Shown in pieces: positions 34,641 to 45,712 of a stretch of 64,000 nucleotides of DNA. Made by a program: the position numbers and the translations under genes. Position 1 is the first letter of the stretch, and every line of letters begins with the position of its first letter. Source of the DNA: Rhynchopus sp. YZ270_cl-10 (taxonomy: Eukaryota); NCBI GenBank assembly GCA_964035575.1, contig OZ037835.1, forward strand, positions 1,116,001-1,180,000. The letters are read 5' to 3'. The notes below the pieces were generated by a model. It was not told where the DNA came from. It was given only the letters and a program-made list of their open reading frames with translations, and searched no databases.

Positions 34641-36106
34641 TCCGGTTCGTTACGTTGCGTTCCGTTCGTTGCGTTCCGTTCGGTGCGTTCCGTTCGTTGC
34701 GTTCAGATCGCAACGTACAGATCGGTTCCGTTCGGTGCGTTCCGTTGGTTGCGTTCAGATCGTTGCGTTCAGATCGCAACGTACAGATCGGTTCCGTTCG
34801 GTGCGTTCCGTTGGTTGCGTTCCGTTCGTTGCGTTCCGTTCGTTGCGTTCCGTTCGTTGCGTTCAGATCGCAACGTACAGATCGGTTCCGTTCGGTGCGT
34901 TCAGATCGTTGCGTTCCGTTCGTTGCGTTCAGATCGCAACGTACAGATCGGTTCCGTTCGGTGCGTTCCGTTGGTTGCGTTCCGTTCGTTGCGTTCCGTT
35001 CGTTGCGTTCAGATCGCAACGTACAGATCGGTTCCGTTCTGTTCGTTGCGTTCCGTTCGGTGCGTTCCGTTCGTTGCGTTCAGGTCGTTGCGTTCAGATC
35101 GCAACGTACAGATCGGTACCGTTCTGTTCGTTCCGTTCGTTGCGTTCAGATCGCAACGTACAGATCGGCACCGTTCTGTTCGTTCCGTTCGTTGCGTTCC
35201 GTTCGGTGCGTTCCGTTCGTTGCGTTCAGATCGCAACGTACAGATCGGCACCGTTCTGTTCGTTCCGTTCGTTGCGTTCCGTTCGGTGCGTTCCGTTCGT
35301 TGCGTTCAGGTCGTTGCGTTCAGATCGCAACGTACAGATCGGTACCGTTCTGTTCGTTCCGTTCGTTGCGTTCAGATCGCAACGTACAGATCGGTAACGT
35401 TTACTTTCTCTTTGGGTCATAAGGTACGCCCTTCTCTGACCACGACATGAAACACAAAGCCAAAACAATTGATCACCGGAAAGGTCCTGTATGTCCGTTC
35501 GGTGCGTTCCGTTCGTTGCGTTCAGATCGCAACGTACAGATCGGTTCCGTTCGGTGCGTTCAGATCGTTCCGTTCCGTTCGGTGCGTTCAGATCGTTGCG
35601 TTCCGTTCGGTGCGTTCCGTTCGTTGCGTTCCGTTCGGTGCGTTCCGTTCGTTGCGTTCAGATCGCAACGTACAGATCGGTTCCGTTCCGTTCGTTCCGT
35701 TCGGTGCGTTCCGTTCGGTGCGTTCAGATCGTTGCGTTCCGTTCGGTGCGTTCCGTTCGGTGCGTTCAGATCGCAACGTACAGATCGGTTCCGTTCCGTT
35801 CGTTCCGTTCGGTTCGTTCCGTTCGTTGCGTTCCGTTCGTTGCGTTCAGATCGTTGCGTTCCGTTCGGTGCGTTCAGATCGCAACGTACAGATCGGTTCC
35901 GTTCCGTTCGTTCCGTTCGGTTCGTTCCGTTCGTTGCGTTCCGTTAGTTGCGTTCAGATCGCAACGTACAGATCGGTTCCGTTCCGTTCGTTCCGTTCGG
36001 TTCGTTCCGTTCGTTGCGTTCCGTTCGTTGCGTTCAGATCGCAACGTACAGATCGGTTCCGTTCGGTGCGTTCCGTTCGTTGCGTTCAGATCGCAACGTA
36101 CAGATT
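34640..36106 (+). repeat. CGTT-rich modular minisatellite (core GTTCAGATCGCAACGTACAGATCGGTTCC), continuing at 57769-58856 and 59970-62290
   Basis: Directly visible; same unit in all three blocks. Confidence 0.95.
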
Positions 36107-36585
36107 GGTCCTGAGTATGACCTTAAACTGCTAAGTCGTGAGCGAATGTATCCTAGTAGGTATGGGGAAAGGGGAAGGAGTTCTTTGACCGCCCGAAGGC
36201 TTTGGCTGGGAAGGTATGGGGGGACTTCAGAACCTTTCTTGACCGCCCGTGGATGCATTCTCAAGGATTGGACATGGACACCCCTCCGTAGCGCAACGTC
36301 CCGCTGACTTAGGGTGAGGCAATGTATTGTGGCCCCAAAGTCAGTGCAAAAAGACCCTAGGCTCACCTTTGGAAACTGCATGTGTCTACCTGGTGCATGT
36401 GGACAAACTTCTGGAGACGGGCAGGTTGACGGCGACTACTACGGTAGATCTTTCCAGAAACCGTTGATGCGGCCACCCGGACATGATGACACACAACACA
36501 CGTTTACTTTCTCTTTGGGTCATAAGGTACGCCCTTCTCTGACCACGACATGAAACACAAAGCCAAAACAATTGATCACCGGAAA

Positions 36586-36730
36586 GGGGTTTATACACAT
36601 TACACAACACCACGTGCCACCCTGTTTTTACTTATTTACTTTTTACCACCTCACCCCTTTTATACCTACCGCAGTCGCCTCCCCGTGGCAACCCTGGACG
36701 GTCAAGAAGAGTGACCGACTAAGAACTGCG
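36586..36730 (+). ncRNA. HDV-like self-cleaving ribozyme fold in the LINE 5'UTR
   Basis: P1 GGGGUU (36586-91)/AACCCU (36690-95); P2 CGCAGU/ACUGCG; P3 GCC/GGC; L3 UCCCCGU; P1.1 CC/GG; P4 CGGUCA/UGACCG; J4/2 ACUAAG with C36719; ~78-nt J1/2. Confidence 0.8.
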
Positions 36731-36909
36731 ATCAGGAGAAACAGGGTCTTCTAACATTACTTTATTTTTATTTTTATTTTAAGTGTAATACCTATTATAC
36801 TTTTGCCTGCTATTCGCTTTTGACCTGGTAAGTCTGCTTTTGTTTCCTTTCCCCCCTTCAACAACCTCCGCACGCCCACCTACCCTTTGCTAATCCCACC
36901 CCCCACAAC

Positions 36910-38439
36910 ATGACCTCACCGGATCACGCCATGGACGTAGATGCAGAGACGCAGCCGGCACCCTCCCTCACGCTCCGGAACCCGGCGGCAACGCCAGCAG
37001 CCGCGGCACGGCTAGCGGAAGCAGAAGGCTTCCTGCTGGAAGTGTCGCGGTCGGCGCATGACGCGCACGAGTGGGAGAAGAACGCAGACGAGAAGGCGAG
37101 GCAAGTCCTCTCGCAACACCGTATGTCAGTCTCCCCCCTCACCCTCAAAAGAAGAGAACCCTCCTCTCAACATATTTTTAAATTTTATTTTGAGGGAATC
37201 CCATCCCCCGAAGCCCCCATACTATCTTTCTCCGGTGTGAACGGGGTGTTCATACGCCCCGCCCGCACCAACTCAAATGACGGACTTACGTCGGTCATTT
37301 GGCCAGAAGCGTCCTACGACGAAACGCTGGAGCACTCGGAAAGAGTACAGGGGAGGGTGGTAATGGGTAGATTAGGGGATTTCGGGATCGTTGTCCCAAA
37401 AAAGGACGAAGTGAAGGCATGGGAAACAGTGGGAAAGGCGGAAAGGGCAGGGGAGGCAAGCTACAGGCTCACCGGCTTACCCACCACGTGCACACCCGAG
37501 GACCTAGTGTCGGCAATTTCCCAAACGGGACGCCACATCAGAGGGAGAAGCACTCGCAGGGAAACAGCACCCGGGGGCACACACACACACACACTCCTGG
37601 TCGCAATGCATGCACAACCACCACCCCCACCCTCCTTCACATTTGGGGAGCATGTGATCGTCTGCACACCAGCGATCCATGCAAAATTCCCCCCACACAA
37701 AAAAAACACGACCTCACAGACACAAAAAGGAGGAAAGGGGAGGGGGAGAGGAAAGGGCTACCAAAGCCCAGGAGCAAAGGGTCAGGGCGGGGGCAGGGGA
37801 GGAGCAAAGAGCGGGGAAGGGGGGAAGCAGGCACACAGTGCATCCCTCCCAATGGGAGTAGGGCTCGGCCAGAATGCAACGTCCCCCAAAACGGTGGGAG
37901 GCGATGGGAACGAGAACATGGGTGGAAAGGGAAGCGGGAAGGGGAACAAGGGAGGCAAGGGAAAGGGGAGCGTACCAGCGACCGGACCCTCAGTTTGGGA
38001 CGCGAGGTTTTCCGATTTGGAAAAGAGAGTGGAAGCTCTCTCTACAAATCAGGAAAACCTCGCGTCACAATTGAGGGTGGGCTTAGCCGAAGGCTTCGAA
38101 CAAATCAGCCAAGGGTTATCGCTAAGCCTAGAAAAGCTCCTCCCCAAGAGCACAAGACCCGGAAAGAAAGGCGGTGCAAAACTAAGTGTCGACACCAACA
38201 TCGGCACAGAAGACGACGAAGAAATGACAGAAGGCAAAACGCCTTCGTCAAAGACACCGCTACCGTCTGGATCCCCCAGGAAAACGCCCAAAGGGAAAAG
38301 GGCGAGGGTGGGAGAGGAGCACGCGCGGAACACGTCCGCCAAGACTGGGGACAGCTCCCCCACAGCCCGGACGATACCGGGGGGGATAACGGTGCGGTCG
38401 CCGCGGTCCAGCAACAAGGGGATCAAACTCGTCGTGTAG
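36910..38439 (+). CDS. LINE ORF1 (gag-like nucleic-acid chaperone by position), 509 aa
   Basis: Intact ORF upstream of ORF2 with G/K-rich region and coiled-coil-like segment (FSDLEKRVEALSTNQENLASQL). No CCHC knuckle seen. Confidence 0.8.
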   Translation: MTSPDHAMDVDAETQPAPSLTLRNPAATPAAAARLAEAEGFLLEVSRSAHDAHEWEKNADEKARQVLSQHRMSVSPLTLKRREPSSQHIFKFYFEGIPSPEAPILSFSGVNGVFIRPARTNSNDGLTSVIWPEASYDETLEHSERVQGRVVMGRLGDFGIVVPKKDEVKAWETVGKAERAGEASYRLTGLPTTCTPEDLVSAISQTGRHIRGRSTRRETAPGGTHTHTLLVAMHAQPPPPPSFTFGEHVIVCTPAIHAKFPPHKKNTTSQTQKGGKGRGRGKGYQSPGAKGQGGGRGGAKSGEGGKQAHSASLPMGVGLGQNATSPKTVGGDGNENMGGKGSGKGNKGGKGKGSVPATGPSVWDARFSDLEKRVEALSTNQENLASQLRVGLAEGFEQISQGLSLSLEKLLPKSTRPGKKGGAKLSVDTNIGTEDDEEMTEGKTPSSKTPLPSGSPRKTPKGKRARVGEEHARNTSAKTGDSSPTARTIPGGITVRSPRSSNKGIKLVV

Positions 38440-38834
38440 ACCATACCACCACCCCCCTCCCTATCTCTCCAACCCCACCCTCCCTAATCCAACCTCCTCC
38501 AACTACACACAAACTCATCCCCCTTACACCCCACAAAACAAAACATGTACCGGTACAGCAGCACCAACAACAACAACATCAGCAGCAACAACAGCAGAGG
38601 CACCTAATACGACAGCAACAACAACAACATCACCAGCAGCAACAACAGCAGCATCAACAGCAGTGGCCGCTTACACGACAACAACAACAGCAACATCACC
38701 AGCAGCATCAACAGCAGCAACGACAGCTACAACAACAACGGCAACAGCAACAACAACAACGACAACATCACCAGCAGCAGCAACAGCAACAGCACCAACA
38801 ACTGCACCAACAGCTGCAACCATCTGAGGGACGA

Positions 38835-38903
38835 CGCCACCTCCTACACCTGAGACGTCTACTTCTCCTGAGGTGCGGCGACGTAGAGCAGAACCCCGGA
38901 CCA
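38835..38903 (+). other. 2A-like ribosomal skipping (StopGo) peptide
   Basis: RHLLHLRRLLLLRCGDVEQNPG|P matches the DxExNPGP consensus and lies immediately before the APE domain. Confidence 0.9.
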
Positions 38904-41726
38904 GAGGAAGCCCTGAAGCTGATCAGCTTCAACTGCAACGGGCTGACCGAGCAACGGGAAGAGGAGCTGCAGGAGTTACTGAACTCGGAGCACTTCGATG
39001 TGGTGGCTCTGCAGGAGCTGAAGGAGGCGCAGACAGCACTGCCCGCGTTCCCGGGCTACACCCCCTTCCTCCGGAAGCGCACGCAACGCCGCACCCCCAA
39101 TGGCAGCCTGTACTCCGGAGGCGGCATAGCCACGCTGGTGCACACAAGCCACCAAGCCTCCCTCACCTGGGCCAGCGGGGAGCCAAGTGTGACGGAGCGT
39201 CTTGACGTGAGGGTGACGACGGAGCATCGGGAGTACACGGTGACGAACCTGTACCGACCTGGAGGTGTAGGCAGCAGCGCTGATGACCTGCGTGTGGACG
39301 ACTTCTCTGCAGATGACCTCCCCTCCGACGAAGACTCCATCATCCTCGGTGACTTCAACGTCCACCACCCTGCGTGGGACCTCCAAGCGAAGCCAGATGC
39401 CAAAGGGTCACAGCTACACCAGTGGTCGCTGCGCAACGCCATGCAGGTGCTCAACTGCCCCAACACAGTCACGCGCTTCTCCGGAACAGTCTTCTCCTCA
39501 CCGGACATCACCTTGGTACACAGGAACGTAGAAGCCACATGGACCACACTTTGCGCACGAGGCTCCGACCACCTCCCCATCCTAGTCACAGTGCAACCTC
39601 CGACGGAAGGGGAGGAAGTGAACGGAGGCGACGAAGACGCGACAGTGCCCGAACACCTGCTGAGATGGTGCTGGTCACGTGCGGATTGGGAGGCGTACAC
39701 GGCAGAGCTGGAGCGTTACGCCCCCAAGGCCCACAACTGGGGTGGTGTAGATGCGGTGAACAGGTTCACGGGATTGTGCAAAAACATCGCAGAAAAACAC
39801 ATCCCACTCTCCCACCACACCTCCACACCAAGGGTCAGGAAGTCGTGGTTCACTCCTCAGGTCCATGAATTGCTGCAAGAACGCAACGCAGTGACGGAAC
39901 TACTTCTCTCCGCGGACGAGACGGAACGCGACGTCCAAGCCGAAAAGCTGAAAGAGCTGAAGGTCGCCACCTCCTGTGCCATCATGGATGCGAAGCAGCA
40001 GGCATGGGTGCGTAGCTGCAACGCCGCCACACCACCACCTCTCAGCAGCACTTTCCGGAGGTTGAAGGAGCTCAGTGGTGACCGGGTGAAACCCATCACC
40101 AAAGCAGTCGCTACCCCGGAGGGCCCTCTGACGAACACACCGCAGGAAAAAGCGAACACCCTGGCCCGCTACTTCGCCGCAGTGAGTGGAGACGGCACGC
40201 CCCCTTCTCTCGCCAACCCGCAGCGTACTGCTAGGCGCAACAACACACAGAGCGCGGGCTACACCGGAGCGGCAAGCGAAGCTCCCTTCACCTTGCCGGA
40301 GCTCGATTACGCGATGAGCTCGCTGAAGCTGGGCAAAGCACCTGGGCTGGACGAGATGCACAACGAGCTCTTGCTGCATCTTGGGCCCAAAGGACGAGAC
40401 GCCTTACTCCACGTCCTCAACTTATCCTGGTGCAAAGGTGAACTCCCTACATCGTGGCTGCAGAGCAACATCGTGCCCATCGCTAAGAACGGGAAGGACG
40501 CCAGCATCCCCGCGTCGTACCGCCCCATCTCTCTTACGAGCAACGTCTGCAAACTCTTGGAGAAGATGGTCAAGTGCCGCATCACCCAGATGCAAGACAG
40601 TCCGGACCTGCCGCAGTACAGGGGCCCACACCGCACACAAGCAGGTTTCCGCCGTCGTCTCTCCACGATAGACCAGCTCGCGGCGCTCATGCAGCGGGTG
40701 AATGCGGGGAAGAACCGCCCCACCATCGCACTCTTCTTCGACGTAGAAAAGGCGTTCGACACTGTGTCTCGCAAGCGCATACTCCAGGCGCTGAAGCACA
40801 AGCAGCACCTGCCACCACGCTACCTCAACTGGATTGAAGCCTTCACCAGTGACCGCTCCGCCTGTGTTTCAGTGGATGGAGCAAAGAGTGCGCAGTACGT
40901 GATGAGAGCTGGAGTACCGCAGGGTACAGTACTGTCACCCCTCCTTTTCCTCGCTGCTATGGACGAAGTTGCGGAAGCGCTCGACGACCTCAGTGCAACA
41001 TATCCCACATTCTTCGCCGACGACATGGCAGTCACCGTGCAAGGGGAAACATTAGGGGAAGTGCAAGAATTGGCGCAAGCGGTCATCAACCGTGTCACAG
41101 CGGCGATGGAGCCACTCGGAATGCGCCTCTCCAGCACAAAGACCGTCTTCACCTTCTTCGGCACAAGAAACGTCCTCAACAAGTACCCGTTAGCGGCCGA
41201 CACAGAACTTTGGCTGAGGAACGGTATTCGGGTGCCCTACTCCGCCACACCCAAATACCTGGGATTGACGCTGGATCCGTCCTTGACGATGGAGGCACAC
41301 ACCACCGCAGTCATCACCAGGGTGCAAAAAAGGCTCGGTCTGATGAAGATGTTGTCTGGAACCACGTGGGGAGCTAACACACACACCCTCCGCACCACCT
41401 ATCTCACATACGTACTTCCCCTGATCCGCTATGCTCTTGGCATATACGGTCCACAGCTGTCAACACACCTGATGGACAAGCTGGAGGCCGAACACAACGC
41501 CGCGGCGCGTATCATCACCGGATGTCCTTTGCCTACGTCTCGCGCCAAATTGCTGTGGGAGGCACGCCTGACCCCGATAGTGGACCTGATGCGATTGGAC
41601 GCCGTAACTGCGTTCGAGTTGTTTCGGCGTCACACCGACACGCCAGGGAAAGCGGCCTGCGGCTACACCTCCGCCTCCCTCACGCTCAACAACTGGCTCT
41701 CCGCCGCCCAGCGACTCTCCTCCGAG

Positions 41727-42134
41727 CAGTGCTACCAACGCGACAAGTCGCGCGCGACTCGCGACAAACCACCCGCGACAGCGCGACAAAATGAGTTGTC
41801 GCAAAAATCGAAAATTTTTTTTTTCCATTTTGAGACACTTTTTTTTTTTTTTTTGTTAGGAAAAATCGCGTTTTTTCCGGGTACTTAGCAAAATTTTGGT
41901 CAAAAAATGATGGCTTTTGCTTACGTCGCTACTGTACCGTCTGCGATGGTTTTTTCTGGATTTTTTTTTTTGGATTTTTTTTTCCAAAATCGCCCACACC
42001 CAAAAAAAAAAATTTTTTTTTTTTTTGGTGAAAATTTTTGTGATGTCGAAAAAAAAAATTTTTTTTGGGCGCGACAGCGCGACAAGTGGCACTTTGTCGC
42101 GCGACTAGAATCTCTTGTCGCGTTGGTAGCACTG
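41727..42134. mobile_element. 408-bp MITE, 21-bp perfect TIR CAGTGCTACCAACGCGACAAG, 7-bp TSD CTCCGAG
   Basis: TSD at 41720-41726 and 42135-42141. Empty site present in the minus-strand LINE at ~52028. Confidence 0.93.
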
Positions 42135-43784
42135 CTCCGAGGCACACAAGGAGTTCCGCAGACCTGGGGTGCATATGGCAGATATGCAGCGTCACCTGCC
42201 TGTAGACCCGTGGTATTGGAGTGACGTACTGCCCCGCCTAAGTATCACCGCCACGATACCTGGGATACGCCGCTCCGACCCTGAGCCAGATGACGAAAAA
42301 TTCCTGCTCCTCACAGAGGAGGCCCTCCAACGCCTTCCCCCCTGCGAATGGCACGCCTACACCGACGGCTCTGTCCAGGGCAAAAGCGGGGGTGCTGGGG
42401 TAGTGCTGTACAAGCTCCCCGAGATGCGAGAACCCAACTGCTCCTTCTCCTACGGGGCCGGCACCGGCGCAAGCAGCTTTCAAGCCGAAATGATCGCCAT
42501 AGGCCACTCCATTGACCTTCTCTTTGACAAAGCAACCCCTGGGGCCACCTGCGCCATCCTCACAGACTCGCAATCGTCCCTGCGTGCGCTAGAGAGCGGT
42601 CCCAAGAAGGCCAGAGAGGACTTCGAACACAAACTCTGGAAAGGACTACACCGGCTTGCCGGCAACAACATAAACCTAATACTGCACTACGTCCCCTCGC
42701 ATGTGCAGGTCCTGGGCAATGATGCTGCTGACGCTGCGGCCGCAGAAGGCACCAAGATGGTGCAGAGCCCTGGCCTGTCCTTCTCTGCCGCCAGATCATG
42801 TGCGAGACGTCACCTGGCGAACACCCCTTCCGTCGAGCAGCCCGGCACGAACACGGTGTACGCCAGGAAGGCCGGAGCGGACGTAGCGGTGCTGCAACCT
42901 CCCGTCCACTGCACGGACCTCACCCGCAGGGGGGAAACCACCATCCGCAGCCTCCGAGCTGGCAGCAACCAGCTAACGTTCGACTTCCGCACCTCGTCGA
43001 ACACTGCCACATGCCTGCGATGCGACAAGCCCTGCACCCTGAAGCACCTGTTCTTCTCCTGCCGACAAACGTGTAGCGAAAGCCTCCCGGACCTCCATAC
43101 CCTCCTCATGCGAGAGCCGGCGACCGCCCTGAAGTACCTCGTCAGCGAGAGTTTCCTGCCTGGCCCGCTTGAGGAGTACCTCCGTAACGGTAGTTAGTCG
43201 TGACTGAGTTGTTGTTGATTAATATTATTATGTTCTGTGTTTAATCTTGTGTCATAGGCTGCAGTACGACTTACGTCGCGCTGCTAGCCCCTGACAACAA
43301 GCGTGTTATTCATGTCCCCCTATTTACAACGGGTATTTTGTTGCTTTTCTGCTGTCTTTCCCCACATGTTACCCAATCAAAAGCCTTTCGTTCGCTCATT
43401 CAGCGTTCCCCCTACCCATTTTTCCACATCTCTACCACACTTCTCACACCGTAGAAATCCCTGATGCATAATTCTCTCTCGCTATTGAAGCCCCAGGTCC
43501 CTCCGCACTCGAAGTACGCCCAGAGAGGCGTACTCCACATTTTACCCAGCGGACGCTTCTTTATGCACCTAGTTATCCCCTTTTTATGCCGCCACTCCCT
43601 ACACTCTCTGTACCACAGCACAATGTATTTACCGCTCTTTTGGAGGTCAACAGTCGTTAAACACAAGTAGATTAGGAGCATCTGACTGTACATTAATCAA
43701 TTAAAGCAAACTATACATGTGCGGACGGAGGTGTACCACACATCTACCCTACGAATGCTCTTCCCGTGCCCCAATTCCCCCCTA

Positions 43785-45712
43785 TTTAGTTTTTTTTGGC
43801 AATCCTTAACACTCCTGGCTGGTGTGGTTGATAAACGCAACCGAACACAACGAAACGGATCCGCTCTATACGTTACGATCCGTATGCAACCAAAGCATGC
43901 AACGCAACGCAACCTATGTGTACGTAACGATCAGAACGCAACGAACGCAACGTAACGGATGCAACACAACCAACGCAACCTATGCGTACGTTGCGATCTG
44001 TTTATATCGATCTCAACATAACGAACACAACGCATGCAACGCAACGCAACCGATGTGTACGTAACGATCAGAACGCAACGAACGTAACGAAACGAACACA
44101 ACCAACGCAACGGATGCAACGCAACCTGTGTGTACGTTGCGTTCTGTATGCAACGCGTGCAACACAACGCAACCTATGCGTACGTTGCGATCTGTACATA
44201 TCGATCTCTACACAACGAACGCAACGCATGCAACGCAACGCAACCGATGTGTACGTAACGATCGGAACGCGTTTTCTGCCACGACAACCCCCAGACTCAG
44301 CCCCTGCCCGTGGCCCGATGTAGTACCCTAAGCACACCCGATTGCGGCACAGGCAAATGCGACGACAAGGGGAGGAGGGGTGGGGAGAGCGATGGGTACC
44401 TGAAGTGGAAGTTGCGCCTCTGCTGGGTGTCCGAGTCTCATAGGTAATAACACGAGCCACATGCCCCAAAAGTACGCCACCAACACCCCAACAAGGGCAA
44501 ATCGTGTACGCCGCCACAACACAAACCTACCTAAGAGATCAGGGCTCCTGGTGGGGGTTTGCGACTGCCACAGATGCCTGCCTCTCACTCTGCCCGCCCC
44601 CTCGCCCCTAAAGACACACAAACACACCAGTCACTGCATTTTGTTGATGTTAAAATCGATTGCGCCCTGGGTGCTATCTTGGGATATGAAAGGGGGAAAG
44701 CGTGTGATGGGGGCGAGCTGTGTGTACCCTATTTGCTGCCTTACGTTTCACTTTCCACACCGCCCCATATAAATACACACTAGTTATACTTACACAATGC
44801 ATATTCCCTTTTATTTTTTTTTTTTTTGAGTGACTTTTAAGCGTATACCTTTGGCTAAGCACGCCACGACACCGCTTACATTACTGCGCGCACCACTCCA
44901 TTTGTATTTTCCAGTTTTAGGGGAGGTATCCTCGCGTACGAGTTGTTTGACTCCAAAGTGATTCCCCGGCCTCTCAAGCAAGCAGGAGACCAACGTCAGG
45001 GGAGGTGTAATGAGATACCCTGGGCCGTGCCCACCTTTTGTGTTCTGTTCATTTTGTTTGAGTGGTGCGCCCACCTTGCTTTTTGTTCATTGTGTACTAA
45101 CCTATCGCAATAAAAAGACCACTAAAGGCCAAAGAGAAAAAAAAAAAAAAAACGCAACGAACGTAACCAACCGAACACAACCAACGCAACGCAACCGCTC
45201 CGTACGTTGCGCTCTGTACGTAACCATCTCTACACAACGAACGCAACGTATGCAACACAACGTAACCGGTGTGCTCGTAGCGATGTGTACGCAACGTAGC
45301 GAAGGCAACGCAACCAACGCAACGAGTGGTTACAAACCCCCACGCATGGTTCTCACACCGCTCTGGCACGTTTCCCAAGCCGCAAACCCGGTTGCCTGCC
45401 TGAAAAACCGGGTTTTTGGCCAAAACGGCTGTTTTGCCTGTAGAACCCTGTAGAAGCCTTAAGAAACACGTGTAAAAAAGGGGTACTCGCGACACCCTGG
45501 TTTCAGGGTCTGTCAGGGTTTGGAGGTCTTTGCTTCAGAGAAAGTCTCCTAAAAACCTCCTATCTTCCCAAGAATCCACTTTTTTGACCTCTTTGGACGT
45601 TTAGGGACCTGAAAAAAAATGGCCGAAACCCACCCTGGGGGGGGGGTGCCTTAGGGTGGGTGGGTGGGGTGGTGAAGCAACCTTAAAGACCTTAACACCG
45701 AGTGTTAAGGAA
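43785..45712 (-). mobile_element. Family A element in the LINE 3'UTR, itself containing a LINE 3' stub
   Basis: Same termini as 31267-32007, reversed. Empty site CCTA|TTTAATAC confirmed by ~50349-50362. Confidence 0.85.
44272..45152 (+). mobile_element. 5'-truncated LINE copy (~0.88 kb)
   Basis: Ends AATAAAAAGACCACTAAAGGCCAAAGAG(A)n. Short TSD AACGC; empty site at ~59400. Confidence 0.88.

Larger units (their letters stand above)
38440..43197 (+). pseudogene. LINE ORF2 (polyQ-2A-APE-RT-RNaseH-CCHC), disrupted by a MITE; reading frame open from 37419
   Basis: APE motifs SFNCNG, LQE, GDFN, SDH; RT motifs QGTVLSP, FADD, YLG; RNase H motifs YTDGS, AEMIAI, TDSQS, GNDAAD; zinc motif CLRC...H...C. 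Matches the uninterrupted copy at 50973-54854. Confidence 0.92.

Noticed and set aside
36420..36480. Group I intron / lariat-capping ribozyme similarity (ACGGCGACUACUACGG)
   Set aside because: No complementary P7 partner or other core elements were found.
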